Of a stretch of 64,000 nucleotides of DNA, positions 11,621 through 24,040 are shown one piece after another; position 1 is the first letter of the stretch; each line of letters starts with the position of its first letter. Source of the stretch: Octopus vulgaris. Its lineage: Eukaryota. The notes under the pieces are model-generated. The model was given only the letters and a program-made list of their open reading frames with translations, did not search any database and was not told where the DNA came from. The position numbers and the translations under genes were made by a program. The stretch spans positions 49,538,001 to 49,602,000 of the forward strand of contig OX597818.1 in the NCBI GenBank assembly GCA_951406725.2, given 5' to 3'.

Positions 11621-13671
11621 AGTTCTTTACCCTGAAGTAGATGCTGATGATTTACTGGGATGCATATACTGTCCATCTTCCATCCTAGATGTGCCAATGT
11701 ACCATCACACAGTGGTCAACATCAAGAGTACATTCTTTACAATGATATAGCCAAAATATTTTTATCTATTCCATTATTATTTTTGCTCCCTTTCTTTACT
11801 ATACATATGATACTGAGCATGTTTAAAAATTATTTACATGCATAAAATTGTGTATGGAGGGTGGGTATGTCAGAACACATCTCAATTTATAACAGGGAAA
11901 TCAATGAGAAAATAAGTTTCATGTTACAGAATTTTCTATAACAGTAAGATTTTCAAGAACATGAAATTTCTCGATGCAAGGGGTCAGAGTTATGTTTTCT
12001 GCATTCAGTATTTCCCAGACTTTTGTGTGAACTGAATTCCCCTGTAACTACTTTGATTACTACAATAAAGCATGCCACAGAAACTATGTAGTCACAACTA
12101 AAATATTTGCTGTACAAGCAACATATAGACAATGTAAATCAATAAGCTATTAAAATAAAACCAATTAAGCATGTGCAGCTATAAATTTGATCAATTACTA
12201 ATAAATAATAGAACCTTTACATAGTGCACATACGATAGCCAAGATCTCAGGAGAATGTTAGTTTCTACAAGCATTCTTTTATTTTTAATGCATAGCAAAA
12301 ATATTGTTTAAATATTAAGCTAATTACAAAAAACAAAATTTTCTAACATTTAATTAAAAACTTAAGATAATATATATTTAGGTTCTAGTATCACTTTTAG
12401 AGCAAGTTTTTTTTTTTTTTTACTACAATCTTGAGGTGACAATACTATGTGAAAAACGGTAATTTTATTATAACCGTTATCATCATTTTGTCTGCATGAG
12501 CCTTCATTAGCACGTCTCACCATCTGTTGCAGACCTTTGTGATATTAGTGAGATTTAGTATTTTGATATCAGCTTTTATCATATCTTCTCAAGTCTCTCT
12601 CTCTTATGCCTAACCCTTCAACTTAGATTAGTTGACACTCCTTCGGCCAGCTGTCATCCTCTACATGCATCACATATCCTAAGTGTATGGCCTTCCCTCT
12701 TGTATACTGCATCTGATTCCACTTGCATTCGGTCTTTTATTCTGCTCATTTCCACTGTTTCATTGTTCATACAAACTAGCATTACACATTGAGCAGAGTG
12801 TGTTCCTTTTTTTTTTCCAGCCTTCACATATCATCCATATTCAGTAACCATGTTCCACTGCCATGCAACATCACTTTGTTCACAAGCATATAAACCAGCC
12901 CTTCACTTTGAGAATTTCAAGCTACCAGCAGGTCTCTGAACACTTTCTACACAATATTTACTCTGGTTACTATACTTTCAGAAACCTACCTTAACTATTA
13001 GGTTACTTAGGAAACAAAAACTATTGAAATACTTTGAGGGCCTTGAGCTTTTTGAAAAAATTATTTCGCTAGTACCCTTTCAAGCCCTTTTTTTTTTTTT
13101 TTATTTCATTTACCTATCGGCCTACCTGTGATGACCCAGCACCTCTTGTGCACCCATAGTTCATATGGGGTACACAGTACAGAGATCTTACCTATTCTTT
13201 TTCTGCATACTGAACATGACGATCTCCTTGGTAACAGTAGAGTCATGCCTTCTTTCCTACAATCTGGAGTTTTTGTTTCAGATAAATTTACCTTGAGGCT
13301 TCTCAATTTTAGTCTGTACATCCACATTTTGGAATTTCTATAACTGACAGATACAGCTATGAGAACTAGGTCATCAGTATACAGAAGTTCTCAGTGACAG
13401 CTCATCTTAAACTCTTCTGTTATGGCCTGGAGAACTGTAATAGGAGACGGCTGAGAACAAAACTTTAATGAACATCCATTCCTCACTGAACTTATAACTT
13501 ACTGCCATCATGCTGACATCTCTGTACATGGCTTGCACAACTCTCCCGAAACATTCATCTAGATTTAATTCACTTAGTAAACATCTGACTACAGAGCATG
13601 GTTAAGAGCTTATGTAGTAATCACACAAGGAAGAAGATATGAACCAATCTCACCTAAGTTAATTCTCCACT

Positions 13672-14058
13672 GTGGAGGCGCAATGGCCCAGTGGTTAGGG
13701 CAGCGGACTCGCAGTCGTAGGATCGCGGTTTCGATTCCCAGACCAGGCGTTGTGAGTGTTTATTGAGCGAAAACACCTAAAGCTCCACGAGGATACGGCA
13801 GGGGATGGTGGTGATCCCTGCTGTACTCTTTCACCACAACTTTCTCTCACTCTTACTTCCTGTTTCTGTTGTACCTGTATTTCAAAGGGCCGGCCTTGTC
13901 ACTCTCTGTGTCACGCTGAATATCCCCGAGAACTACGTTAAGGATACACGTGTCTGTGGAATGCTCAGCCACTTACACGTTAATTTCACGAGCAGGCTGT
14001 TCCGTTGATCGGATCAACTGGAACCCTCGTCGTCGTAACCGACGGAGTGCTTCCATCC
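13672..14058 (+). mobile_element. tRNA-derived SINE (family B head, alternative 3' end)
   Basis: A box TGGCCCAGTGG, B box GTTTCGATTCC; 11-bp TSD AATTCTCCACT (13661-13671, 14059-14069). Confidence 0.9.
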
Positions 14059-14679
14059 AATTCTCCACTACTTTCATCCCTTGGTTTGTCCAGTTGATGC
14101 CTTTGCAGCTGGTTCTTCTTACAGCATTCTTTTGCCCTTATAATATATTGCTAACCAGTTATTAAATATGGTGGACCTTCTCTGTGCTATCTGATCAACT
14201 ATGCAAGCAATTTACCATGTGACAATGGCTCAGTGACTTGAATTTTACCATATAGCTGTCAAATTTAACAGCTAGCATTGCTGTCTGGTCTCCATGGAAT
14301 GGATCCTCTCTTTTCCAATATTCTCCTCATTCAACAATCTTTTGAAATAACCTTTTTCTTCTCAACATCAGCAAGCACTATCATTCTATATACACTTCTA
14401 CCCACCCAATGAGAGCTCTATTTACCACAGTACACTGCTTTATAATCCAGCTTTAAAATCTCATTGCTTGCTAACTTCTTTCAGCTTCACTCCTTGTTAC
14501 ATTTACACAATATCTTATGGCTAACTGATATTGTTCTTTACTTCTTTCCAAGCCTGCCTTTTTAACTTTAAAAGCCGACTACCTTTCCATTTTGCCAACA
14601 GGTTGTCTTCCATCTACCTGGTGCCTTACTCCATCCACAAACCTAGTCAGTAGCTTGCAACAAGATGTCTTGAAGCAAC

Positions 14680-15015
14680 TACTAGTTACACTCAATGCCT
14701 ATCACCTCCTCTCGAAAGAGCTGTTCTTCACTCCTGCTCCAGAGCGTCGGCTGTGGGGTCATTCCGAAAAGCTCTATCTGCGACGATTTCATCTCAATCG
14801 AAGGAGAGGGGCTTTCTCCATCCGGGTTGTGGATCCGTGGAATAAGCTGCCAGACGAGATGGTGAAGATGCCGACGACCGCTTGGTTCAAAGTCTCCCTT
14901 GACCTCAAGTGGCCTGAACTCTTTACATGAACACCACCCTATACATAACTCCATGTCCCCCTACATGGCCTTGCTTTTTGCTTTTTGAGCCCAAAAATTA
15001 ACTAACTAACTAACA
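14680..15015 (+). mobile_element. 5'-truncated CR1/L2-group LINE 3' end
   Basis: Encodes RLWGHSEKL...FSIRVVDPWNKLP...FKVSLD, a typical CR1-group ORF2 C-terminus; short UTR and (AACT)n tail. Confidence 0.85.
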
Positions 15016-15854
15016 TATGCATCAACAAATACTTCTTTGACTCTACAACTAATCAAGAGATTGTTCAGTTTTATTCAATCTCCTGACTGCCTTGTCCACC
15101 TGAGTCCATTTAGTTCTTATCCCGAAGTCACTAATCACTAATCTATGCTGGGTGAAACCGACATCACTTAGGACTTAGTACTCACAACCAGTTACTTATC
15201 TAATTTCTTGGCAAGTGTGAAGTCTATTTGGCAAGAGTGTTTGCCTGTCTGATAGGTGATCAGACAGCTAGCTGATTTCCTTGAGTTAGTTTTGAAATAA
15301 GTTTCAGAACTATAAGAGCTTTGATCCCACCTCATGCCATATCCATGTACAATGAAGTGGCCATTACAGTTTGCCCAACACATGCATGTAAGTCATCAGT
15401 CATGATAACAAGATCAGTCGTTTATTATTACTTCAGTCTGTGAGCAGACCTCACAGAAACAGTCCTTTTGCTCACCTCTTAGTCCTGATAGTGGCACATA
15501 TGCAGAGATCACGGTTGATGTAGCACTGCCCTTAATTAACCAAATGTTAATTATTCATGTACTATTTCAGTTATTTTATTCATCTAGTTATCTGTCAACA
15601 ATATGACTACTCAACCAAGGTCAACACTTTTACTCAATCAGAAGAAGTTTTACTTGTATTCCTTGCCCACAAAGAAGCTGACTAAAGTTTCCCTTCCATC
15701 TTAAGTCATGTACAATACATGTATCTACTTGCCTCTATCCAGTCTGTATGTAATCTCTCCAGTCCTACTTTACATCATGCTGGTGTTAACTGTGGTAGCC
15801 CTGAAATTTTATACAAGAAGGCACTTTATGGTAGTGTGGGACTTGCTTGATATC

Positions 15855-16160
15855 GGAGGCATGTAAAAAGCACCATCTGTAAGTGGCCGATGCCAGCGCC
15901 GCCTTCACTGGCTTCCGTGCCAGTGGCACGTAAAAAGCACCAACTGATCGTGGCCGTTGCCAGCCTCGCCTGACACCTGTGCCAGTGGAACGTAAAAAGC
16001 ATCCACTACACTCACAGAGTGGTTGGCATTAGGAAGGGCATCCAGCTGTAGAAACCTTGCCAGATCAGATTGGAGCCTGGTGCAACCTTCTGGCTTCGCA
16101 GACCCCGGTTGAACCGTCCAACCCATGCTAACATGGAAAACGGATGTTAAACGATGATGA
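15855..16160 (+). mobile_element. RTE LINE 3' UTR fragment (family D)
   Basis: Same motifs as 8308-8590. Confidence 0.75.
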
Positions 16161-17514
16161 GAGTTGGTGTAATTACTTGATGACATCTTATGGCCAGATG
16201 GTCCCACCTGATCCCTTCACTTACATGGTTTTTCATTGTATCTGACTGAGACTTATGGTTTGGCATGGTTGTATTACTCTGGTGTCCTTCCTATCACTAA
16301 CCACTTTATAGTTGGACTGGATGTACTTTGGCAGAATCATTAGAGCATTCGAAAAAAAATTTGGCAATCTGCTGCTTAATAATAATTGTAATCATCAGCT
16401 TATCTTATTTCCTCCCAAATTTGCGCATCTATAAAACCTTTCTCTCTATTTTCTTAATGAAGACTCAAGAAGCTTAAAGGTCACACACTTTTAATTGGAG
16501 AGATAGAACACAGAGCATCAACTTCATCATGCAATGATTTCATCAATGAATACAGAGAGAGAGAGAGAGAGAGGGGGTGTGTCTTTTGTTGACTTAAAAG
16601 AATGAATTTTAAAATTTCTGAAGAATATTAAATATGATTTAATACACTGGCGAAGAATACAGACAACAGTGAGAAAACAAAAAACAGTTCCCCTTGCACA
16701 AAGTTCCTTGCAATATTTGTTCTGCACTGAGTTACAGACACTTCCATGCCATTCTTGCCATTCGAAACGTAGTGAACCAGTAATTGGCTCATTAGAAACC
16801 TGCAATGAATGATGCTATTGTTCAGCAAATTGTGATAGTCAACTGTGTATTTCATTTTTATCATGTTATTTACTCTATGTCAGCTAAGAACAAGCATAAA
16901 TGAATAATCATATTAAGAAGTCTATTTTATTGTCTAGGACTAATTTTTTTACCAGGTTCTTTTTCGAGAGAATTATCATCAACTATCTTTTCAGGGTACA
17001 ATCTTAATATTTTCTATAAATAGTTGGCAAGATCCTGTAAAAATCCTCACAATACTTATCTTAATTTCTATACAGCTCATAACTATTTTCAAGATGTGAC
17101 TTCCATCTTTTTTTCCAAATATTTAAGCTCAAGTTACATATTAAGCAGTCTACTTTCAGGCACACTCTTTGTTTTGAACGTTCTATAAGAAAACTGGAAA
17201 ATTATTGGCTTAAAGTCTTCTAGTGTTTGAGAAAACTAAACTGACTTCATAATTCACTATGAAAACCTAATTTGAAATTCAAACAAGCACAAAATCTGAT
17301 GTAGAATATACATTAATATCGATAATCTCCATTTAGTTACATAATTAGAAGTAATATTGATGTAAAAGTCAATAGGTAAAAACAATGAGAAAAATTCTTT
17401 CTACAAATCTGTTTGGTACTTGAATGTATTTTGCACTTCTAGTAAACCCAATAAAAAATTAAATATTTGTGTACTTCTGTGATTTATGTTGTATTTCTAA
17501 TGCACTTTTTTTCC

Positions 17515-17896
17515 ACCTTACTGGCACTTATGCCTGTGCTAGTAGGGTGCCAAGAGCACCATCCAAGCGTGATCGTTGCCAGATCGTGGTACGTAAAAGG
17601 GCACCATTCAAGCATGATCGTTACCAACGTCGCGTCACTGGCACCTGTGCCGGTGGCACTTGTAAAAAGATTTGAGCGCAGTCATTGCCAGTACCGCCTG
17701 ACTGGCCCCCGTGCCAGTGGCGTGTAAAAAGCACCCACTACACTCTCGGAGTGGTTGGCGTTAGGAAGGGCATCCAGCTGTAGAAACTCTGCCAGATCAA
17801 GATTGGAGCCTGGTGCAGCCATCTGGTTTGCCAGCCCTCAGTCAAAAACGTCCAACCCATGCTAGCATGGAAAGCGGACGTTAAACGATGATGATG
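17515..17896 (+). mobile_element. RTE LINE 3' UTR fragment (family D) with internal tandem units
   Basis: Tandem ...GGCAC(G)TAAAA units followed by GGCGTTAGGAAGGGCATCCAGC and (GAT)n. Confidence 0.75.
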
Positions 17897-18194
17897 TAGC
17901 CTGACTAGCATACGACCTGTTGAAATAAGGCTGGGTTAAGTCTTTAATGTCCAGATAACCTGTTAATCAAAAATTTCCAAAAATAGATAATTATACTGCC
18001 AAGTAATCTGGATTTATAAAACAAAATGGACACACTCACTTCAAAGCAGCTACTGAGACATCAGAACAGATACTCATGTAATGCAACAAAGAACTAAAGC
18101 AGTGGTACCTAGACAGCATGTCAGTTTCATAATCAAACTGTCATGCTGAGCAATCTGAAGGTCGTAAGTTCAATCCTCGCATGGAGCACTTTAT

Positions 18195-18622
18195 AGGCGC
18201 AGGAGTGGCTGTGTAGTAGGTAGCTTGTTTACCAACCACATGGTTCCGGGTTCAGTCCCACTGTGTGGCACCTTGGGCTAGTGTCTTCTACTATAGCCTC
18301 AGGCCGACCAAAGCCTTGTGAGTGGATTTGGTAGACGGAAACTGAAAGAAGCCCGTCGTATATATGTATATATATATATATATATATATGCGTGTATGTA
18401 TTTGTGTGTCTGTGTTTGTCCCCTAGCATTGCTTGACAACCGATGCTGGTGTGTTTATGTCCCCGTTACTTAGCGGTTCGGCAAACGAGACCGATAGAAT
18501 AAGTACTGGGCTTACAAAAGAATAAGTCCCGGGGTCGAGTTGCTCGATTAAAGGCGGTGCTCCAGCATGGCCGCAGTCAAATGACTGAAACAAGTAAAAG
18601 AAAAAAAAAGAAAAGAAAAAGT
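18195..18622 (+). mobile_element. Family A SINE, full length, near consensus
   Basis: GGCGCAGGAGTGGCTGTG head through TGACTGAAACAAGTAAAAG tail. Confidence 0.92.
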
Positions 18623-18949
18623 AGTGGCTTGCACTATTTAGTTAAATGTCTCAATTTCCACCAACAAATTCTTCATCAACCACTACCACTCAAAACTTTT
18701 CTTTTTCTGTTCACCATGACTAAGAGTATTTCAATGCCAATATTTTAATTAATGACATACACAAGAACTATAGATAGAACAGTAAACCCAAATTATAAGA
18801 TAATAATCCAGTTGACAACGAATGGTGGTAAGTGCAATAATGAGTAATGCTATTGTCTATTTCAGGAACTTTGTTAAATTAAACAATCCAACAATAGGAA
18901 AGAAAATCACTCATCCTTTTGATGATGCCTTCCTTTAAAGATATTTTCA

Positions 18950-19325
18950 TCATCATTTTAACATCCACTTTTCTATGCTTGTATAGGTCAGATGGAATTT
19001 GTTGAGACAGATTTTCTACAGCTGGATACCTTTCCTGTTGCCAACCTGCACTTGTTTCCAAGTGGGGTAATATTTCCCGGTATCCAAACATTTTCACAGA
19101 AGATTGGTAACGAAGGGCACAATTTGCATAATGGTGACACAACTGTCACATGATCTCAAGGCAAGGAGAATGTAACACACACACACATACTATGGGCTCC
19201 TTTCAGTTTCCATCAACGAAATGTATTGACAAGGCTTTGGCTGCCTAAGGTGACCCACAATGGTACTGAACCCAAAATCATGTGACTGGGAAGCAAACTT
19301 CTAACTACACAGCCATGCCGGTGCT
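18950..19325 (-). mobile_element. SINE with family A head and RTE-type tail (family E)
   Basis: Minus-strand family A-like head at 19195-19325 joined to an RTE-like tail ending (GAT)n. Confidence 0.65.
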
Positions 19326-20287
19326 TTAATGAAATTCAAGCATAAAAGTATTTTCAAATTTCCACTCCACATTCTACTAATCACGTGAAACATGGGAATT
19401 TGCTAATATATATATATTACTTTTATATTTTTTCAAAATCCATTTCACTAAATTACTAATTATTCTGCTTAACCAAAGAGAAAATTAGCATGTTGATCAT
19501 AGTGGCGATACACACAAATTACTAAACCTCATTGCTATTTAATATGTTTTCATCTCTCTCCTCTGGGATATGTCTACAGAATGCTTAAAACTGGACGTGT
19601 ACAGAACAAATAAATAACTGAAACTGTTCTTAACAACAATTATATGAAATGGAATCCATGCTATAAAATGAAGATGTGGTTTGCTTAAGGAGTTCAAGCA
19701 TTTCTTAAAACAAGGTTTTTCTTCACAATACAAAGTCTGCCAATTTTACCGATAAGTGAGTAATAGAAATCTATTTCTCTGATGTATGTAAAAAGTGACA
19801 CTGAAACAATTTCAATACATTCCTACAGATACAAAGTATATAAAATATCTGAGGTAGTAATTTAAAATGGATTTCAAGCATTTCCATGTTGTTTCTTGCT
19901 CATCTAAGGTTAAATTGAGCAAATGGAATTAATCTTAGGTGTACAATACAAATGGAAGAGTTTGGTCAGTAAACCTTGATCCTTAATCCTTAATCATTAA
20001 GTTTTCCCTCCCTCAACATGCAAAGAAAAGCACAACATCCAAACAGTTATGAAATTTTATGAAAATTCCTCAACAAGAAAAACTAACAAAAAAGATTGAA
20101 CATTTTACCTTTGATGAATTTTCAATTGCTATCTTTTGTTCTGCATTATAGAGCAAATAGTGAATTCAGAGCAATCTGTACAACACTTAGCTGCTTTTAG
20201 AGTATTCAGCTAGAAACAGTCGCACTCCATCAGGATCAAGATTCCTCAGGAGATAATCCATAAAACCCAACAAAGACTGACCTAGGC

Positions 20288-20494
20288 CAGTGGTTCTCAA
20301 CCATTTTTGCCTATGGACTCCATTGATTACTATTTTACTCTACTGGACCCACACGTTTATAAAAAAAAACATTTTTATAATTAGGAATTGTATATAAAAT
20401 AAATTAAAATATTTTGTGTTTTGTAGAAGTATAACCAATTTATTGCTCATAAACATTAACAAAATCTTACATGGAGCACAATTGAGAACCACTG
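20288..20494. mobile_element. hAT-Charlie-type MITE
   Basis: 13-bp perfect TIR CAGTGGTTCTCAA / TTGAGAACCACTG; degenerate 8-bp flanks acctaggc / ttttagac. Confidence 0.8.
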
Positions 20495-20873
20495 TTTTAG
20501 ACAAAAGAATGAACTTGTCCCCAAGCAAGAACATAGTCTCAGCCAAGAAGAAGGTAATAGGAAAAGTATAGAAGATAGAGCAACAAAAAAATAAGAGACA
20601 ATCTTGGAAGGAATGTGAAGTAGTAAAATAAGTGAACAATACCTAGAAACTGATAAGAAAACTAAACATCAAACTTCCTCAAAAAATGCAAAATAATACA
20701 AGGTTCAGATGGAAAACAGAATTGCAAGACAGAATATCTTTATGAATAAGTTCATTAGGAAATGATATGGAAGCACTTACCCTTAGAGACAATGAAAAGA
20801 ATTGCATAGAAGATATAGAAAAGCCTTGATATGTTTCAAGTAAATAACTAGAATGCAGTCAGAGATTGGTTAA

Positions 20874-21089
20874 CCCTTTGTTACCATATTTCTGTTGAGA
20901 TGCTCTGTGTTTCTTTCAATTAATTTTAAACATAACCAAGAAATTAGCAAAATAACTTAGTTATCGTTAAGCTAGTGTTAGGAACATAAATTGTGACTAA
21001 GGTTTGGAAGATTTTAATACAGGACTTTTGAAAACAAGACATGTGTACTAGATCCAGAGGTAGTTTCAGACGGGTTGGTATCAAAAGGA
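20874..21089. mobile_element. piggyBac-type MITE
   Basis: TTAA|CCCTTTG ... CAAAAGGA|TTAA; same family as 33973-34172. Confidence 0.8.
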
Positions 21090-22026
21090 TTAACTGGGTT
21101 GCTATTGTCGTTGATATTTAGCTCAAGATGAACCCTGATCAAGCAGTTTTATATCACACAGGTAATTGACAACGACAACACACGGCCCAAAGATCTAGCT
21201 TTCCTGTTACACTAAGTTCCCATTTAGCTGAGGACTGTACTACACACACTAACAAGCAATGATCAATCCCAATGGCACACAACATGTCAATTGGGACATA
21301 CTACACCCTCTCCACTGTTCACAATTCCTGCATGTCCATACACACCAGTTGTGACTACAGCATAAGCATATAAAGTGGACTTAACCAGATTGTAATAGTT
21401 GCAGTTATTCTGCATTTATTGTTGGTGGTGTGCATCCCATCACAATATTAAGGCTATTAATGTTGCAGCTATTTTCACGTGCAAATGTGTATTTAGATTC
21501 ATCTAAGCTGAGTGGCAGAGATACAGTTTCAGGATGCTGTTGTAGTGCTTTTGAATACTGTACACGTGTATGCGTGTTTGAATGTGGTTTTCCATGCAGA
21601 GTTTAATGCAGCAATAAACTCTAAAGAAGACATGTGCAGATGTTCTTTCATTCTAAGTATTTTGTGTAGGTGGGCTGCACACAAGCTGCCGTGATACACA
21701 GTGTTTTGTTTTCTGTTCTTTGTGATTATGGAGGTTGGAGCCTAAGTAGAGCAAGCGCAGTTCATGGTGGATCTAATGTACACTTTTGTAGCCACACAGC
21801 CTGGTGTGGTTAAATGGCTTGTGTTTGTAAATCAGATTATATTTGAGTAAGTTATGACAAGATCAATAGAGGCAATGTAGTCACCATTATTTTTGTTTCT
21901 GTAGGTCAAACGTGTTACTCATGTTTGTACACTGCTTTGTTATCTTTACTTAGAGCCGCTATGCAGTAAGAAGTTTGCTTCCCAAGCACATGGTTTTAGA
22001 TTTAGTCCCACTGCACGACACTTTAA

Positions 22027-22257
22027 AGGCGGCGAGCTGGCAGAAACGTTAGCACGCCGGGCGAAATGCTTAGTAGTATTTCATCTGCCGTTACAGTCCG
22101 AGTTCAAATTCCGCCGAGGTTGACTTAGCCTTTCATCCTTTCGGGGTCAATAAAGTACCAGTTACGCACTGGGATCAATGTAATCAACTGAATCCCTTTG
22201 TCTGTCCTTGTTTGTCCCCTCTATGTTTAGCCCCTTGTAGGCAATAAAGAAATAAGA
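22027..22257 (+). mobile_element. tRNA-derived SINE, family C (Meta-like central domain), nested in a family E SINE (21955-22520)
   Basis: GGCGGCGAGCTGGCAGAA head, GAGTTCAAATTCC B box, GCCTTTCATCCTTTCGGGGTC domain, AATAAAGAAATAA tail. Confidence 0.85.
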
Positions 22258-23039
22258 AGCCTATTGTCTGTGTAATTATATGTGTGTGTATTACTGCCTC
22301 TTTGCCTTGAGATGATGTGATGGTTGTAAACAAACATTACTGGCATACAAGCAGTGTCTGTTTCCAATCTTCCATAAAAACATGTCTTGTCATGGGGAAA
22401 TACCACTTTACTCGGAAAAGAGTGAGGGTTGGCAACAGGAAGAGCATCAGGGCATAATAAATTCACTTCAACAAATTCCATCTGACCATGCAGGAAAAGT
22501 GAACATTAAAACAATAGTGATATGATGATGATAATGATAACGTATGAATGCATGTTTATGTCATTAAGTGTGATGGTTGGGTGTATTTGATATTCTTTGA
22601 TGTTGCTGACAATAAAAAAAAAAAAGACAAAGAATTTGAGAGGCGTTACTTTAAACTTGTTATAGAAACCAGTTTCTAGGCAATTTATGTAGAGCTGTAA
22701 TTGTACAAAAGTGTCTGAAGAATGGTCAGAGGATGTGGACATAAAATTATTTGTGTATAAGGCTAATTATGTTTTGTTGAAAGTGGGAATGTCAAGAAAG
22801 TGTAGGTTGAAAATAGCACTACATTTGGGAAATTTACAAGTTCTGGAAGTGTCGTGGTGTTCTTGTACACTATACACTTGTTGGCCTTGACAGGCACTTT
22901 GTTACTCAGCGTTTTGTTTTACAGATTGTATTTTTGTCTAGCAGCAAACAGAGATGAAAGCATTGCTTAATGTTAATGGGAGTTATACTGGCACATGTGG
23001 AAGGATTTTGCAGATTTGCGAGTAGGGTTGTGATTGAAT

Positions 23040-23335
23040 ATAGAGATCTGAATCTATGCTGTGATTTGGAGAAGAGGATGCATTGCCGCCTTGACTGACT
23101 TCTGTGCCGGTGGCACGTAAAAAGCACCAATCCGATCGTGGCCGTTGCCAGCCTCGCCAGGCACATAAAAAGCAACCACTACACTCACGGAGTGGTTGGC
23201 GTTAGGAAGGGCATCCAGCTGTAGAAACACTGCCAGATCAGACTGGAGCCTGGTGCAGCCTTCTGGCTTCCCAGATCCCCGGTCGAACCGTCCAACCCAT
23301 GCTAGCATGGAGAATGGACATTAAACGATGATGAT
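23040..23335 (+). mobile_element. RTE LINE 3' end (family D)
   Basis: Family D motifs and (GAT)n tail. Confidence 0.75.
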
Positions 23336-23611
23336 ATATTTGTTCTGTGCTTGAGATATAGATGCTGTGTCTATTATATTATTTTGCTCTTATGATAAAT
23401 ATGCTGTTGGCATAACTTAGGCCTGTAATGCTGCATCTCTCTATAAATCTTGAGCTTAGCTTGTCTGTGAGACCAAATCTTCTTAGGCTGTTTTAACTAT
23501 TTCCTAAGTCTTTCTTGGCATATCTATGAAGTTTGGTCTTCTCACCAGTTTTTCATTTAGCATGCATTATCCATTTTCATACTGATTTCAGTTGGTGACC
23601 ACACTTTTGTC

Positions 23612-24040
23612 AGATTTACAAGGATGTGATGGATCTAGGGGGAGGGGGCAGTCTTTAGAAGTGTAAATCTTAAATTATAACTGTCAAAGACAAATTAGAG
23701 AAAGCTGAAAGTTAACTTGAATATATAGATGCAGGCAAGACCGTGTGGTAAGAAGCTTGCTTCTCAACCACTAGGTTCCAGTTTCAGACCCACTGTGTGG
23801 TACCTTGGGCAAATATCTTCTACAGTAAGATTTACAAGGATGTGATGGATCTAGGGGGAGGGGGCAGTCTTTAGAAGTGTAAATCTTAAATTATAACTGT
23901 CAAAGACAAATTAGAGAAAGCTGAAAGTTAACTTGAATATATAGATGCAGGCAAGACCGTGTGGTAAGAAGCTTGCTTCTCAACCTTACGGTTTCAGGTT
24001 CAGACCCACTGTGTGGTACCTTGGACAAATATCTTCTATA
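23612..24040. repeat. Tandem duplication, period 216 bp
   Basis: AGATTTACAAGGATGTGATGG... begins at 23612 and 23828; includes the 5' part of a family A SINE, which continues to ~24318 in the second copy. Confidence 0.9.

Larger units (their letters stand above)
12470..15860 (-). pseudogene. Decayed RTE-clade LINE (endonuclease + reverse transcriptase)
   Basis: Minus-strand motifs: TYFK...LITYQTG...QIDF (endonuclease, ~15200-15310), ELLYTDDLVL (YADD box, ~13360-13390), LKVNLSETK and CSVCRK...WVHKRC (13140-13300); many stops; two younger insertions inside. Confidence 0.8.
21190..23600 (-). pseudogene. Old LINE relic (gag-like ORF1 plus AP endonuclease), fragmented by SINEs
   Basis: Minus strand TYRNKNNGDYIASIDLVIT (~21850-21906, TY...SxIDL endonuclease motif); Cys/His-rich IKQCFHLC stretch near 22950-22975. 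Confidence 0.45.

Noticed and set aside
13672-13748. tRNA-like sequences here and at 33636, 48316, 48857, 60768, 61017
   Set aside because: SINE heads: imperfect cloverleaf, continuous with SINE bodies and enclosed by TSDs
20109-20175. Minus-strand exon candidate with donor AAG|GTAAAA
   Set aside because: Stops in all three frames and a weak acceptor
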